A stretch of 64,000 nucleotides of DNA, from IMG/VR virus record IMGVR_UViG_3300043399_000877, positions 186,001 to 250,000 of that record. The stretch is one strand, 5' to 3'. The translations under genes were made by a program, and so were the position numbers. Positions within the stretch are counted from its first letter, which is position 1. Every line of letters starts with the position of its first letter. Below, in pieces: positions 15,646 through 25,963 of the stretch. Under the pieces are notes generated by a model. That model ran no database searches, was not told where the DNA came from, and saw only the letters and a list, made by a program, of their open reading frames with translations.

Positions 15646-17420
15646 TCGATTATATCAATATCCGTTTCATACGACGTAAATCCGTTCTCTTTTATAACTT
15701 TTAATACGTTATTAACACGGCCTATGAGTTCATCTTTGTGAGATATTAAGAAAATGTTCTTATCTCGTTCACGTCCCATCTTTTTAAGTATGGCTATCGA
15801 GTTTTCAACACCGGCAGTATCCATACCACTGTCAATAAGTTCATCAATGAACAGTAAGTTAACACCTTCGTACAAACTTTCCCAAACATCTCGGAATGCC
15901 CAGCTAAGTCCCAGTATGAGACGATTGCGTTCACCACGACTTAGGTTGTCAAAGTCCAAATCTTGTCCCAGTTGTGTAATTTCTACATTGAGGTCGTTTT
16001 GGAATACAACTTGATGTGGTAACCCTATGGTTTCCAAGTAATGACTCAATCTAGCATTTAAATAAGCCAAGTTTTGATCAATAATTTTCTTTCTAATAAA
16101 GCTGTCTTTGCTGGTTAACAACTTCAATAAGAATTCTTGATGCTCTTTTAGGGTGTTTAACTCGTTTATAGTTTTCCAATCTACTTCTTGGATAGCGGTG
16201 TTGTTTAAATCATCTATTTGATCTTGGTAAGGATCGGTTTCTTCTTTACGACCTTCCATGGCCCGTATTAAGCCGTCAACGTTGTTACGGTGTTCATATG
16301 CTTCACGAGCAGTTTCGTAAAAAGTAACCGGTTTAGACTCCGCTTCACCCAACTCTGATAAGTTGTTTACGATAATTTCAATCTTAATACCCACTTCACC
16401 AAGATACTTCTCAACATCAGCAAGCTCTTTTTGCTTTTTTTCTAATATTTCAGTCTTCTTGTGATCATGTAGGGCTTGCCCACATGCATAACAAAGTGCG
16501 CTATCTAGTTCACCGATGTCTTTTTGTATTTTCTTAAGAGTTTTATCAGACTGCATGTATGCACTCTCAAGTGCAGCCAGTTCTTTTGTAAAGCTCGAGC
16601 GTTTGTTGTTTATTTCAGTCCAACTTGCAAGCTTTTCATGTTTAGCAAGCTCGGATTCAATATCTAACTTTTCTAACTCAGCAATAGATTCCATAAACCG
16701 TTCAATATCTTGAGATTTCTTAAGATTCCATGCACGTTGCCGTGACTTGAGTGACTCGATGCTTTGTTTGATCTTTTCGTTGCTTGCCTGAACAGCATTT
16801 ATGCGGCTATTCTCTTCTTGAATAGCGTCTTTTGTGAATTTTATTTGTTCTTTTAGTGCTTCGGCCTTTTCGCTCAGTATAGTAATGCCCAACAGTTGCT
16901 CAATAATCTGTCGTTGATCACCACTGCGCATACTCAAGAATGGTTCAGTATAGGTGTTTAGTGCCACAATGTGTTTAAACATATCATGACTCATTCCTAT
17001 AACATCGTTTATGCTTTCTTGAGTTTTTCTACTATCACCCTGACTTTCATCCATGGTTTCGTCTACTTGCTCAGTACCGTTAACGTAATATTTTAAAATG
17101 TTTGGGCTCCTACCGCGTTCTATGCGATAGGAGACACCATTTCGTTCAAAGTTAAGAGTAACCAACATACCTTTACCGTTGGTTTTGTTTATAAGATTAC
17201 CCTTCTTGATATTAGTTAAAGCTTGGCCGTACAGTGCATATGATAATGCGTTGATTATCGTACTCTTGCCTGTACCGTTACGCGAACCAGAATCGTCACC
17301 TCCTTGATCTAAGTTTTCGCCAAGCACCAGGGTAAGTTGTTCCCTGTTAAAGTCGATAGCCTGTGTAACATTTCCGATTGAAAGAAAGTTTTTGGCTGTT
17401 AAATCTTTTAGTTTAATCAT
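15642..17420 (-). CDS. gp46: Recombination endonuclease ATPase subunit (SbcC/Rad50-like)
   Basis: Walker A NGTGKS, coiled coil with CYAC zinc hook, signature LSRGE and Walker B LFIDE. Confidence 0.96.
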   Translation of the reverse strand: MIKLKDLTAKNFLSIGNVTQAIDFNREQLTLVLGENLDQGGDDSGSRNGTGKSTIINALSYALYGQALTNIKKGNLINKTNGKGMLVTLNFERNGVSYRIERGRSPNILKYYVNGTEQVDETMDESQGDSRKTQESINDVIGMSHDMFKHIVALNTYTEPFLSMRSGDQRQIIEQLLGITILSEKAEALKEQIKFTKDAIQEENSRINAVQASNEKIKQSIESLKSRQRAWNLKKSQDIERFMESIAELEKLDIESELAKHEKLASWTEINNKRSSFTKELAALESAYMQSDKTLKKIQKDIGELDSALCYACGQALHDHKKTEILEKKQKELADVEKYLGEVGIKIEIIVNNLSELGEAESKPVTFYETAREAYEHRNNVDGLIRAMEGRKEETDPYQDQIDDLNNTAIQEVDWKTINELNTLKEHQEFLLKLLTSKDSFIRKKIIDQNLAYLNARLSHYLETIGLPHQVVFQNDLNVEITQLGQDLDFDNLSRGERNRLILGLSWAFRDVWESLYEGVNLLFIDELIDSGMDTAGVENSIAILKKMGRERDKNIFLISHKDELIGRVNNVLKVIKENGFTSYETDIDIIE

Positions 17421-17421
17421 A

Positions 17422-18432
17422 TTATAGCTCGTTGTAGATACTTAGTAATACTGACTTGTCGAACGAGTCACTATCGATAGCTGCAATCTCTTTACTCACA
17501 ATTTGATCTATACTCTCAAATTGTGATATATCTAAGTCACTATCAACTACATCTGATCCTTTTTGTGGTATTAGTGTTATTTCACGACAGTTGTATTGTT
17601 GAATAAATGTTTCTTTAATAAAAGTAGCTTCTTCAAAACTGATGTCAATATCCAAGTTAACTCTCAGATACATTTTGCTCTTTATTATGTTTTCAGTGTT
17701 ATCAAGTAACTTGCTGAGAGTGGTTGTACGGTACTTGGGGGCATCTGCCCAGTCTATATACTGCGGTTCAAGCCCATTTTCTCGGTCCAATACCATCATA
17801 CCACGATGATCATCCCATGCGTCAGCATAGTTGTGCGGGAAAGCATTACCGATATAGTGTATTTTACCCTGCACTTGTCTTTTGTGAAAATGCCCACTAA
17901 AAACGTAATTTTGATTAACAAAATCTTCAGATTTTAGTTCACCGGTGTCTGGCATTTGTACCATTGCATTCATGTAGAAGTTTGGTAGCTCAAAATGCCC
18001 AAAAACATACTTGCTTTTCAGTTTGGGTATCTTTTTCCACTCATCACCCACCAACCAAGGAATAAGAGTCACGTCTTCTATTGTGGTTAATTCATTAACC
18101 ACAGTTATTCCCGGTATATGCTTTGCAAATTCTGTGCTTTTTATGTCGCGACGGTCTTTATAATAAAGATCGTGATTTCCTGGAAACATAAAAAACTGAT
18201 CAAATGCCTGTCCGAGTCTTTCTAGACAGCGTATACCGCTGTCCATTGTAGTTAAATTTAAACTATTTCTATTGTGGTTCCAGTCTCCACAAAAAATTCC
18301 AGTTTCACAACCTTCTGACTTGGCTTTTTCTATAAACCAGTCTACAAAATCTTCGCAATCTTGATTGTGAACTCTTGAATTTCCTTTCATACCAAAATGA
18401 ATATCCGTAAAAACGGCTGCTTTTTTAAACAC
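17422..18432 (-). CDS. gp47: Recombination endonuclease nuclease subunit (SbcD/Mre11-like)
   Basis: Metallophosphoesterase motifs TDIHFG, GDW.H, GNHD, GHFE and SGHFH. Confidence 0.96.
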   Translation of the reverse strand: MFKKAAVFTDIHFGMKGNSRVHNQDCEDFVDWFIEKAKSEGCETGIFCGDWNHNRNSLNLTTMDSGIRCLERLGQAFDQFFMFPGNHDLYYKDRRDIKSTEFAKHIPGITVVNELTTIEDVTLIPWLVGDEWKKIPKLKSKYVFGHFELPNFYMNAMVQMPDTGELKSEDFVNQNYVFSGHFHKRQVQGKIHYIGNAFPHNYADAWDDHRGMMVLDRENGLEPQYIDWADAPKYRTTTLSKLLDNTENIIKSKMYLRVNLDIDISFEEATFIKETFIQQYNCREITLIPQKGSDVVDSDLDISQFESIDQIVSKEIAAIDSDSFDKSVLLSIYNEL

Positions 18433-18456
18433 TTAGCACCTCTTACAACAGTTCAC

Positions 18457-18485
18457 AATATAGCAAAATGTTCATAAGATGTCAA
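18457..18485 (-). promoter_or_regulatory. Sigma70-type promoter TTGACA-N17-TATATT (extended -10) for gp47-gp46
   Basis: TTGACA (18485-18480) overlaps the gp55 TGA stop; TGC-TATATT ends at 18457. Confidence 0.8.
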
Positions 18486-19303
18486 CGACTATTATTGTAA
18501 TCTCTCAACATTGCTTCCCATTCACCAGCATGTTGCCGTGTATAACTTGGATCCAAGTCGTTCATCTCAAGTATATCGTCTCGAATATTTTGATTTCTTT
18601 TTTCTAAATTAATGACTTTAATGAAACTGTTGGTAACAACTGCTGTGTAATAAGCAAACGGGTTGTTTGATTTTGATTCATCAAATTTAAGACCGATTTG
18701 GCTCAGTTGTAATATTGCCTGTCCCTTCATCTCATCATTGTAAGTGTATCCACGGACGTTGCCACGGGTTGCGTACCTATCACAAAGCTTCATCCACATA
18801 AGTGCAAGTTTGTTTGTAACCTGTCCATGATCTTTGCTAAAGTGACCGTTTTCCATACCGCCCACCCAGTGGCTCTTGCCAACACACACTAATTCATCAT
18901 TTTCGTTGTATTTCCAATGCTGGAACGGCGGAAAATTAAGTTTTACTTTACGGTCGTCAATACTTTTGGGTGTTTTTTTGCGACCGGGTTCATCTGGGAT
19001 ATGATCAAATGTCATTATTCTAAATATTAAATCAGTTTTTTTAATATCTTTGTAATCAACTTCGCAATCAACCATACGAATCTTTTTATCAGTATATTTT
19101 AACTCTTCGTAAGCTTCTTGTGACAGCTTTTTTGCGCGATTCTTTTTTGCTTCTGCTACAGTTTTTTGATTTATCTTGTCTACATCAGATAAGATAATAT
19201 CGTAATCGCAATACTCTGGTTCAACATAACTACAGTATGTGTTTTTGCTTCGGTGAATTTCCAGTAGCATGTCTTTGTTATTAAGGTAATTTACTTTTTT
19301 CAA
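18482..19303 (-). CDS. gp55: Late-transcription sigma factor
   Basis: NYLNNKD..., RGYTYNDEMKGQAILQL...KFDESKS.NPFAYYT motifs of T4 gp55-like sigmas; TTG start. Confidence 0.9.
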   Translation of the reverse strand: MKKVNYLNNKDMLLEIHRSKNTYCSYVEPEYCDYDIILSDVDKINQKTVAEAKKNRAKKLSQEAYEELKYTDKKIRMVDCEVDYKDIKKTDLIFRIMTFDHIPDEPGRKKTPKSIDDRKVKLNFPPFQHWKYNENDELVCVGKSHWVGGMENGHFSKDHGQVTNKLALMWMKLCDRYATRGNVRGYTYNDEMKGQAILQLSQIGLKFDESKSNNPFAYYTAVVTNSFIKVINLEKRNQNIRDDILEMNDLDPSYTRQHAGEWEAMLRDYNNSR

Positions 19304-19327
19304 ATTTCAGATCTCCAAACTTACTTA

Positions 19328-19356
19328 AATATAATATATGTATATAATTTTGTCAA
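19328..19356 (-). promoter_or_regulatory. Sigma70-type promoter TTGACA-N17-TATATT for gp55, back-to-back with a late TAAATA promoter (19358-19363, + strand)
   Basis: TTGACA at 19356-19351 and TATATT at 19333-19328. Confidence 0.8.
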
Positions 19357-19381
19357 CTAAATACCACTGGGGATACATTCT

Positions 19382-20245
19382 ATGTCTTTAAGCAATTTTT
19401 TAAACACTATAAGCACAACTGCTAACTCTATTGGACAAATTTTTGAAAATGGTCAAAATTTGGTTAATAATGTTAACAGCATCATAAATGATTTTTCAAA
19501 TCCTTGGCGAATTTTAACAAATCGCCGATCGGGTTCAATTCCAGTTGGTGCTGAGTCAGCAACACAGGTTTTTACCACCGGTACTTGGGTATCGGATCAA
19601 AGCGACGATTGGCGAGTACGCATATCAATACCGCCACTACCGCAATTCGATTCTAGTCCCATATTTGCTCCTTTGCGACTTTCTAATAATGCAATGGTGT
19701 GGCCAGTAACTCCCCAGGTTATGGTAAACCATAGTGCTACTTACAACAATATGACCCCCACACATACTAATTATCCGTTTCAAGTATATCAGCACAGCCA
19801 AGTAGAAGATATAACTATATCTGGAGACTTTCCGGTGGAAAATGAAGATGACGGCCGCTATTGGATTGCAGCAGTTCATTTTATGCGAAGTATGACAAAA
19901 ATGTTTTATGGTGAATCAACTTTGCGCGGGTCTCCACCCGCAGTTACACGTTTAAACGGATACGGCGGGTTTGTATTTAAAGATCTACCAGTGGTTGTAA
20001 AACTTTTTACTATGGACTTGCCTAACGGTGTTGATTACATTAAAGTTCCAGTTTCAGATGCAAGTTCTGTAGATCTTTCAACCGGAGAGACTGCAATTGC
20101 TTCTTCAGGAAACTTTGTATATGTTCCAACTTTGAGTATGATAACTGTGACTCTTGGCATAGCACAAAGCAGAGATGATACCAGAAGATTTAGTTTGGAC
20201 AGGTTTGTTCGTGGAGATTATATTTCGGAAGGTAAGTTTATATGA
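19382..20245 (+). CDS. Baseplate / tail-tube initiator-like protein
   Basis: DWRVRIS, WP.TPQV...HSATY....THTNYP and PP.V.RLNGYG..VF..LPVVV motifs; first gene of the baseplate operon. Confidence 0.65.
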   Translation: MSLSNFLNTISTTANSIGQIFENGQNLVNNVNSIINDFSNPWRILTNRRSGSIPVGAESATQVFTTGTWVSDQSDDWRVRISIPPLPQFDSSPIFAPLRLSNNAMVWPVTPQVMVNHSATYNNMTPTHTNYPFQVYQHSQVEDITISGDFPVENEDDGRYWIAAVHFMRSMTKMFYGESTLRGSPPAVTRLNGYGGFVFKDLPVVVKLFTMDLPNGVDYIKVPVSDASSVDLSTGETAIASSGNFVYVPTLSMITVTLGIAQSRDDTRRFSLDRFVRGDYISEGKFI

Positions 20246-20547
20246 TTGGAAATTACGGACAGTTTAGCCCATATGCGAGTACACCTATTTCACCTGAAGG
20301 GTATCTTGACTTGATGGTAAAGAGACCAGTGTTGGCTGAAGATGATGATTATCTTTATGAGATTGAACCACAGTATACGTTTAGACCCGATTTATTGGCA
20401 TTTGACCTCTATGAAAATGCTAAAATTTGGTGGATATTTGCGTTGAGAAATCCCAATGTTATTCAAGATCCGGTTTTTGATTTTGTATCAGGAACAAAGA
20501 TATTTTTACCCAAGGCTTCAAAGTTGAGAGTTTATATAGGAATATAA
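20242..20547 (+). CDS. gp53: Baseplate wedge LysM-like protein (gp53-like)
   Basis: Y..RPDLLAFDLY....WWIFA.RNP motif. Confidence 0.75.
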   Translation: MIGNYGQFSPYASTPISPEGYLDLMVKRPVLAEDDDYLYEIEPQYTFRPDLLAFDLYENAKIWWIFALRNPNVIQDPVFDFVSGTKIFLPKASKLRVYIGI

Positions 20548-20548
20548 T

Positions 20549-22879
20549 ATGTCAACACTTCTCCCAAATGAGCTTTCTAATTTTGCATCGTTTAACTATA
20601 TTTGGACATTTGCTGTTTTAACAGCTGATGAAATAAACAATGCTGAATATTTGGGGAAAGAACCAACTTACATACTTGCAAGAACCGGTGGTTACACAAA
20701 ACCCAGCACAATAACTACCGCAGCAGAAGATTTACTGGGAGTAAACGTTGAGTATTTTGTTGATAATGTAGAAATAAATTCGATCTATGCCCCAAATCCA
20801 AGATCTGGAATAACATCAGCTGTAAAGATAGATTTTAAAATCATCGAGCCATACAGTGTTGGATTATTTTTCCAAACAATGGCGTTAGCATCTAGCAAAT
20901 TGGGGCACGGTTCAAGTTATGCATCTATGCCTTGTTTGTTGCGTTGTGAATTTATAGGTTATAATAGTGATGGCTCTGTTGTTCAAAAAATAGTAAGAGA
21001 TCTTGCTATAAGTTTAATAAACATGAAATTCACAGTAGACGCCGGCGGTGCAACGTATAGTGTTGAAGCTATTCCGTGGAATCAGCTTGCGCTTGGTGAC
21101 CGCGCACAAAAAATGAGATCTGATATCAAGATATCTGGATTTAGCGTTGAAGAGATATTGGCATCTGGGCCAAACAGCCTAGTTCGTTATTTGAATCAGT
21201 ATGAAGAAAATTTAAGGACAGAGACTGGCGCACAGTTTGCGAATGAATATTTTATAGAATTTCCAGATAGTTTAGGTAGTTATGTTCAAACGGCCTATAC
21301 CCCCGTAGTCGGTTACACCCCGGGCACAGTTGATCCCGGATTGGCAGCCGCTGCAAATGCAGCAGCGGGCACAATTCAAGTAACAACCACACCGGTGTCA
21401 TCAATATCACGCCCGGGACTAAACTCTATAGGTGCAAGTTCTATAAGTGATGACTTTAACCAAATGGGCAACCAACCGCACGGTCTCGATTTAGTAGTTC
21501 TTGATGAAGCAAATAATACGTATAATAATGACTTGTTAACAATATTGCCTGATAGACAGTTTACGTTTAGACAAGGTGTTAGAATAGCTGAAATAATTGA
21601 ACAAGTTATTTTAACAAGCACTTGGGCTCGTAGTATTTTGGATAGGCTTGACGTTGCCAGTACTGGACGAGTTGATTGGTTTCGTATAGAAACTAATGTT
21701 TTTACATATGAAAACGGTGCAAAAACACGATATGTTTACAAAATTATACCATATCAGGTAGACAGAAGTATATTTGAAACTAAAACTGAAACACGCGATT
21801 ATACTCAAACGTTACCAAATGTAAAAAAAGGCTACAACTACATATACACCGGACTTAATTCTGATATTTTAAGTTTTGATATAAACATAAATTTTGCATT
21901 TTTTCAAAATATAATACCAGATGCAGGCGCCGGCGCAAATACTATTTTTACAGAGCTTTCAGCAGCTATCCCACAATTAAATGTGCCGTTTGTGTCAATA
22001 TCAAATGCATTTACAAACATTACAAACACGCTTATTAATACTGTTAATGCTGCCGGTGACTTAATCAGCTCGGCTTCTCAGATTGGATCCGGAACCGGAA
22101 TTGGTGCAAACAAGATAACTTCGACTCCAAATCCCGGAGGTGCTGGGGTTGATGACTCAAAGCTGCGAGTAGCAAATGAATTCCACAATGTATTGTTAAA
22201 CAGTGATGTTGAACTCATTGCAATTGATTTGGAAGTATGGGGAGACCCATACTTTTTGCCGGATAGTGGAATTGGTAACCATACGACTTCTCGTGGAATG
22301 GATTATCAAAATGGTGAAGTGGATATAGCTTTTAACTTTAATACGCCTATTGATATAAAAAGCGGATTGCTACAGATGAATGCAATAGGTTATTTTATAG
22401 GTTTGTATAAAATCGTAAAAATAACACACACGTTTAATAATGGTGAATTTAAACAATTGTTGAACATGATAAGAAGACCGAGTCAAGATCAAAAAACACT
22501 CGATGCTGTTAGAGCAATGATGATCGAATATATAACCGGCGTAGAAGTTCCTAATCTTTTAGAAATGGTTACTGGTTCACCAAGTCAACTTACATCTTTT
22601 GTGTACAGTCAAATTTTACAAACCACAACTGCACTAAACAGCATACTTTCAAAAGTTGTAGCTTTTCAAAACATATCAAATATTTTACCACTCCCAGCCG
22701 ATCTTCTCAATTTATTTGGGACAATAACCAACTTTGGTAACACAATTGCGGGTATAACTAACAGTGTAAATCAAGTTTTTGAAACTTTCAACTCAGCGGC
22801 GTCTCAAGTTACATCAGCCATATCCGGAATACAGTCGTCGTTCACTAATACAATAAATTCATTTAATTCATTATTTTAA
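20549..22879 (+). CDS. Baseplate hub protein (gp27/VgrG-like)
   Basis: N..SNFASFNYIWT, EPYSVGLF and L.V.GDPY motifs; G.Y.I..I.H.F..G.F.Q.L terminal motif; directly before gp5. Confidence 0.65.
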   Translation: MSTLLPNELSNFASFNYIWTFAVLTADEINNAEYLGKEPTYILARTGGYTKPSTITTAAEDLLGVNVEYFVDNVEINSIYAPNPRSGITSAVKIDFKIIEPYSVGLFFQTMALASSKLGHGSSYASMPCLLRCEFIGYNSDGSVVQKIVRDLAISLINMKFTVDAGGATYSVEAIPWNQLALGDRAQKMRSDIKISGFSVEEILASGPNSLVRYLNQYEENLRTETGAQFANEYFIEFPDSLGSYVQTAYTPVVGYTPGTVDPGLAAAANAAAGTIQVTTTPVSSISRPGLNSIGASSISDDFNQMGNQPHGLDLVVLDEANNTYNNDLLTILPDRQFTFRQGVRIAEIIEQVILTSTWARSILDRLDVASTGRVDWFRIETNVFTYENGAKTRYVYKIIPYQVDRSIFETKTETRDYTQTLPNVKKGYNYIYTGLNSDILSFDININFAFFQNIIPDAGAGANTIFTELSAAIPQLNVPFVSISNAFTNITNTLINTVNAAGDLISSASQIGSGTGIGANKITSTPNPGGAGVDDSKLRVANEFHNVLLNSDVELIAIDLEVWGDPYFLPDSGIGNHTTSRGMDYQNGEVDIAFNFNTPIDIKSGLLQMNAIGYFIGLYKIVKITHTFNNGEFKQLLNMIRRPSQDQKTLDAVRAMMIEYITGVEVPNLLEMVTGSPSQLTSFVYSQILQTTTALNSILSKVVAFQNISNILPLPADLLNLFGTITNFGNTIAGITNSVNQVFETFNSAASQVTSAISGIQSSFTNTINSFNSLF

Positions 22880-22891
22880 GAAAGGCATTTA

Positions 22892-25800
22892 ATGATAACG
22901 CCACGCCCAAATATAAATGCACGTACACCAAGAAATATGGACCGATCTGGTGGAATTCTTAATGGGCCCGGGCCGTATTTGGCACGGGTAGTTAACCACC
23001 TCGACCGTAAATTTGGTGGTGCTCTTGAGGTTGAACTTATAAAGTTTTCAACAACATCAAACACATATGAAACTGATAATCAACTGCGTGTTGTAAAATA
23101 CGCAAGTCCTTTTTACGGTGTGACACCGTTAAGAAATAACGAAACCAACGATGGATATGCGAGTTCACAACAGAGTTACGGATTCTGGGCAGTTCCACCA
23201 GATGTGGGATCGAAAGTTTTAGTGATTTTTATTGAAGGTCGCGACGATCAAGGATTTTGGATAGCCTGTGTTCAGGATGATTATATGAATTTTATGATTC
23301 CCGATCCTCGTGCAAGTACAACATTGACAACACCGTCAACACCGCCAGGGCTTGCTGGTAAAAAGTTGCCGGTTGGTGAATACAACAAGTTTTTAGCAAA
23401 TCCAAATAACAATTATCCAACAAGTCAACCCAAACCAGTAAATCTAGATTTTGTTGAAAAACTACAAGAACAGGGATTGATTGATGATGACATTCGTGGA
23501 GTGACGTCGACTAGTGCTCGTCGTGAAGCACCTAGCAATGTGTATGGGATGAGTACACCGGGACCTCTAGATAAAAGAAACGGTGCACCAAAAAATCCCA
23601 GAGGACCGCAAGGCTCACAAGCAAACATGTTTAGTAGCAGACTTGGTGGTCATAGTATAGTAATGGACGACGGTGACGAAACAATATTGCGTATTGGTTC
23701 AGCAGAATCCAGTCCAAAAGAATATGTGAGGTTCACTCCAGGATCAGTAACGACTGGGGATCCAGAACTACCTGCAAACGAATTATTTAGAATACGTACA
23801 AGAACCGGGCATCAAATTTTATTACACAATACTGAAGATTTAATTTACATAGGTAATGCTCGCGGTACTACTTGGATAGAACTTACTAGCAACGGTAAAA
23901 TTGATATATTTTCTCAAGATAGCGTAAGTTTGCACACACAACAAGATTTGAACGTAACTGCTGATCGTGATATAAACTTTTTTGCTAATGAAAATATCAA
24001 CATGGTTGCTGGAAAAGAATTAAAAATAAGCTCAGGAGCCAGCACAAGTCTTAAAACTGGTGAATTTTTCGCAGTTGACTCAGGGGACAATGTATCATTT
24101 AAGGCAAATACATTTATAGCAGGATACGCACAGACCAGTGTTACATTAACTGGCTCTACAGGTGCAGTAAATCTTTCGTCTGGAAAGTCGACAATACTTC
24201 AATCAACAGGTGATGTTGGTATTATAACTGAATCATCATATAGAATAAATGCGAGAGGAGATTTGCATTTGGGTTCAGAAGCCAGTGTATATATTTCATC
24301 ATCAGCTGGTGATATGCATATGAGTGCTAAAAATATTCAACAAGAAGCTAGTAGTAATTTTAATTCTAAAGCTGGAGGTAGTATATATCAACAAGCATCT
24401 TCAGGTTCAGTAAACATAAAAGCCGGAGGATCTATAAACACTGCATCATCAGCCTCGTTTAACATACAGTCTTCGTTAATTGCATTTGATGGTGAAAAGA
24501 TATCATTGAATAGTACTGATAGTTCACCAACAACCGGTGCTACTGATAGTGAAGAACTTGTAGCTTTTGGATCAGCAAGCGCAGGAACACCGCCCGCACC
24601 GAACCCACAAGACCCAATCCCAGTTAAACCGGCTCTAATGCCTTCAAGAATTCCACAACACGAACCATGGTTACAGCACGAGAACTTGAATCCAAATGTG
24701 TATACTCCTGAATATACTAGAGCAGGTATGCAAAGTATTGATTCATTCACACAACCACTACCAGATACGTTTGTTCCTACTTCAGGCAGTACGATTGGTA
24801 CTACTGTAACTGGACAAAGTTATCCAGCTGGTGGTGTGCCTTCCGGTTATGTTGATCAAAATCCAGAATTTGAAGATGGTTTGGAAGAACTTAATCGCAC
24901 AGATCTTGGAAATCCAAGAGCAATTAAAGTATTTGAATACTTCAAAGGAGTTGGATTTACTGCTGCACAAGCTTCTGGAATTGTCGGAAACTTAATGGTA
25001 GAAAGTGGTATTACTATAGACCATACAGCTACTGGAGACAGTGGCAATGCATATGGCATTGCACAGTGGAATGACAAAGGTTCACCTGATCGCGTAGCTA
25101 ACTTTGCTAAAATAATCGGAACTCCGTTGCGGAGTTCAACATTTGAACAGCAGCTTGATTTTATATGGTGGGAATTGCAGAATGAAAGTGGTGGAAAGGA
25201 AGCCAACACTAAGATCAGGGCGCTAGTTGATCCCCCGGATAACAATTTGCAGAAACTCATGCAAATAGCTGAGCAATCTGCAGCAATTTTTGATGAACAT
25301 TATGAAAGATCTCACAGAATTCATGGTCATCGTGAGAGACGTGAAAGTCTTGCGTCATCATTCTATGTTCAATCCACTGCCAACTTCGATCTAGCTTCAA
25401 ATCCAGGATTGATACAATCTGCGCAAACAGCTATTGATGGATCAAATGCTCCTGGATACCCAAATGTTCCGTCAGGACCGGTTAACATTATTGATCCGGG
25501 TTCTGGTAACTTGGCGATGCGAGTGGTTGAAAATCAGGGAGGCGCAACACGCAGACTTCCGATTCAAGAAGGGCTAAAAAATATTCTAAATCGCGCCGCC
25601 CATGCTGCAAGCATTGACCAAGTAGTAGTTTACAGTGGTGGACAACCTCCATATCCCAATGGGCCTCGCACTGGATCTCAAAGACACGACAACGGTCGTG
25701 CGGCTGACGTTTATCTTGTTGTGGGTGGACGAAAAATAGACAACGTGACCGGTAGGGGTTACATGGAAGCATTCATAACATCATGTGTAAAATACGGTGC

Positions 25801-25963
25801 AAGGGCAATCGGACATGCGAATGACTACATGGGACCAAGTAACATTCACGTCGATGTAATTGGTGCATGGGGATCAGGACAGTTAATCACATGGGGCGCT
25901 GGCGGGTCTTCAAGCACTAGATTACAATGGGTTGACGCGGCGGCGCGTAGGGGATTATTATAA
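22892..25963 (+). CDS. gp5: Central spike protein: OB-fold, beta-helix, phage-tail lysozyme and M15-type peptidase
   Basis: GPYLARVV, SYGFWAVPPDVG..VLV.F and R.RTRTGHQILLH motifs; GFTAAQASGIVGNLMVES..GIAQW lysozyme; S.RH..GRAAD...HVD peptidase. Confidence 0.85.
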   Translation: MITPRPNINARTPRNMDRSGGILNGPGPYLARVVNHLDRKFGGALEVELIKFSTTSNTYETDNQLRVVKYASPFYGVTPLRNNETNDGYASSQQSYGFWAVPPDVGSKVLVIFIEGRDDQGFWIACVQDDYMNFMIPDPRASTTLTTPSTPPGLAGKKLPVGEYNKFLANPNNNYPTSQPKPVNLDFVEKLQEQGLIDDDIRGVTSTSARREAPSNVYGMSTPGPLDKRNGAPKNPRGPQGSQANMFSSRLGGHSIVMDDGDETILRIGSAESSPKEYVRFTPGSVTTGDPELPANELFRIRTRTGHQILLHNTEDLIYIGNARGTTWIELTSNGKIDIFSQDSVSLHTQQDLNVTADRDINFFANENINMVAGKELKISSGASTSLKTGEFFAVDSGDNVSFKANTFIAGYAQTSVTLTGSTGAVNLSSGKSTILQSTGDVGIITESSYRINARGDLHLGSEASVYISSSAGDMHMSAKNIQQEASSNFNSKAGGSIYQQASSGSVNIKAGGSINTASSASFNIQSSLIAFDGEKISLNSTDSSPTTGATDSEELVAFGSASAGTPPAPNPQDPIPVKPALMPSRIPQHEPWLQHENLNPNVYTPEYTRAGMQSIDSFTQPLPDTFVPTSGSTIGTTVTGQSYPAGGVPSGYVDQNPEFEDGLEELNRTDLGNPRAIKVFEYFKGVGFTAAQASGIVGNLMVESGITIDHTATGDSGNAYGIAQWNDKGSPDRVANFAKIIGTPLRSSTFEQQLDFIWWELQNESGGKEANTKIRALVDPPDNNLQKLMQIAEQSAAIFDEHYERSHRIHGHRERRESLASSFYVQSTANFDLASNPGLIQSAQTAIDGSNAPGYPNVPSGPVNIIDPGSGNLAMRVVENQGGATRRLPIQEGLKNILNRAAHAASIDQVVVYSGGQPPYPNGPRTGSQRHDNGRAADVYLVVGGRKIDNVTGRGYMEAFITSCVKYGARAIGHANDYMGPSNIHVDVIGAWGSGQLITWGAGGSSSTRLQWVDAAARRGLL

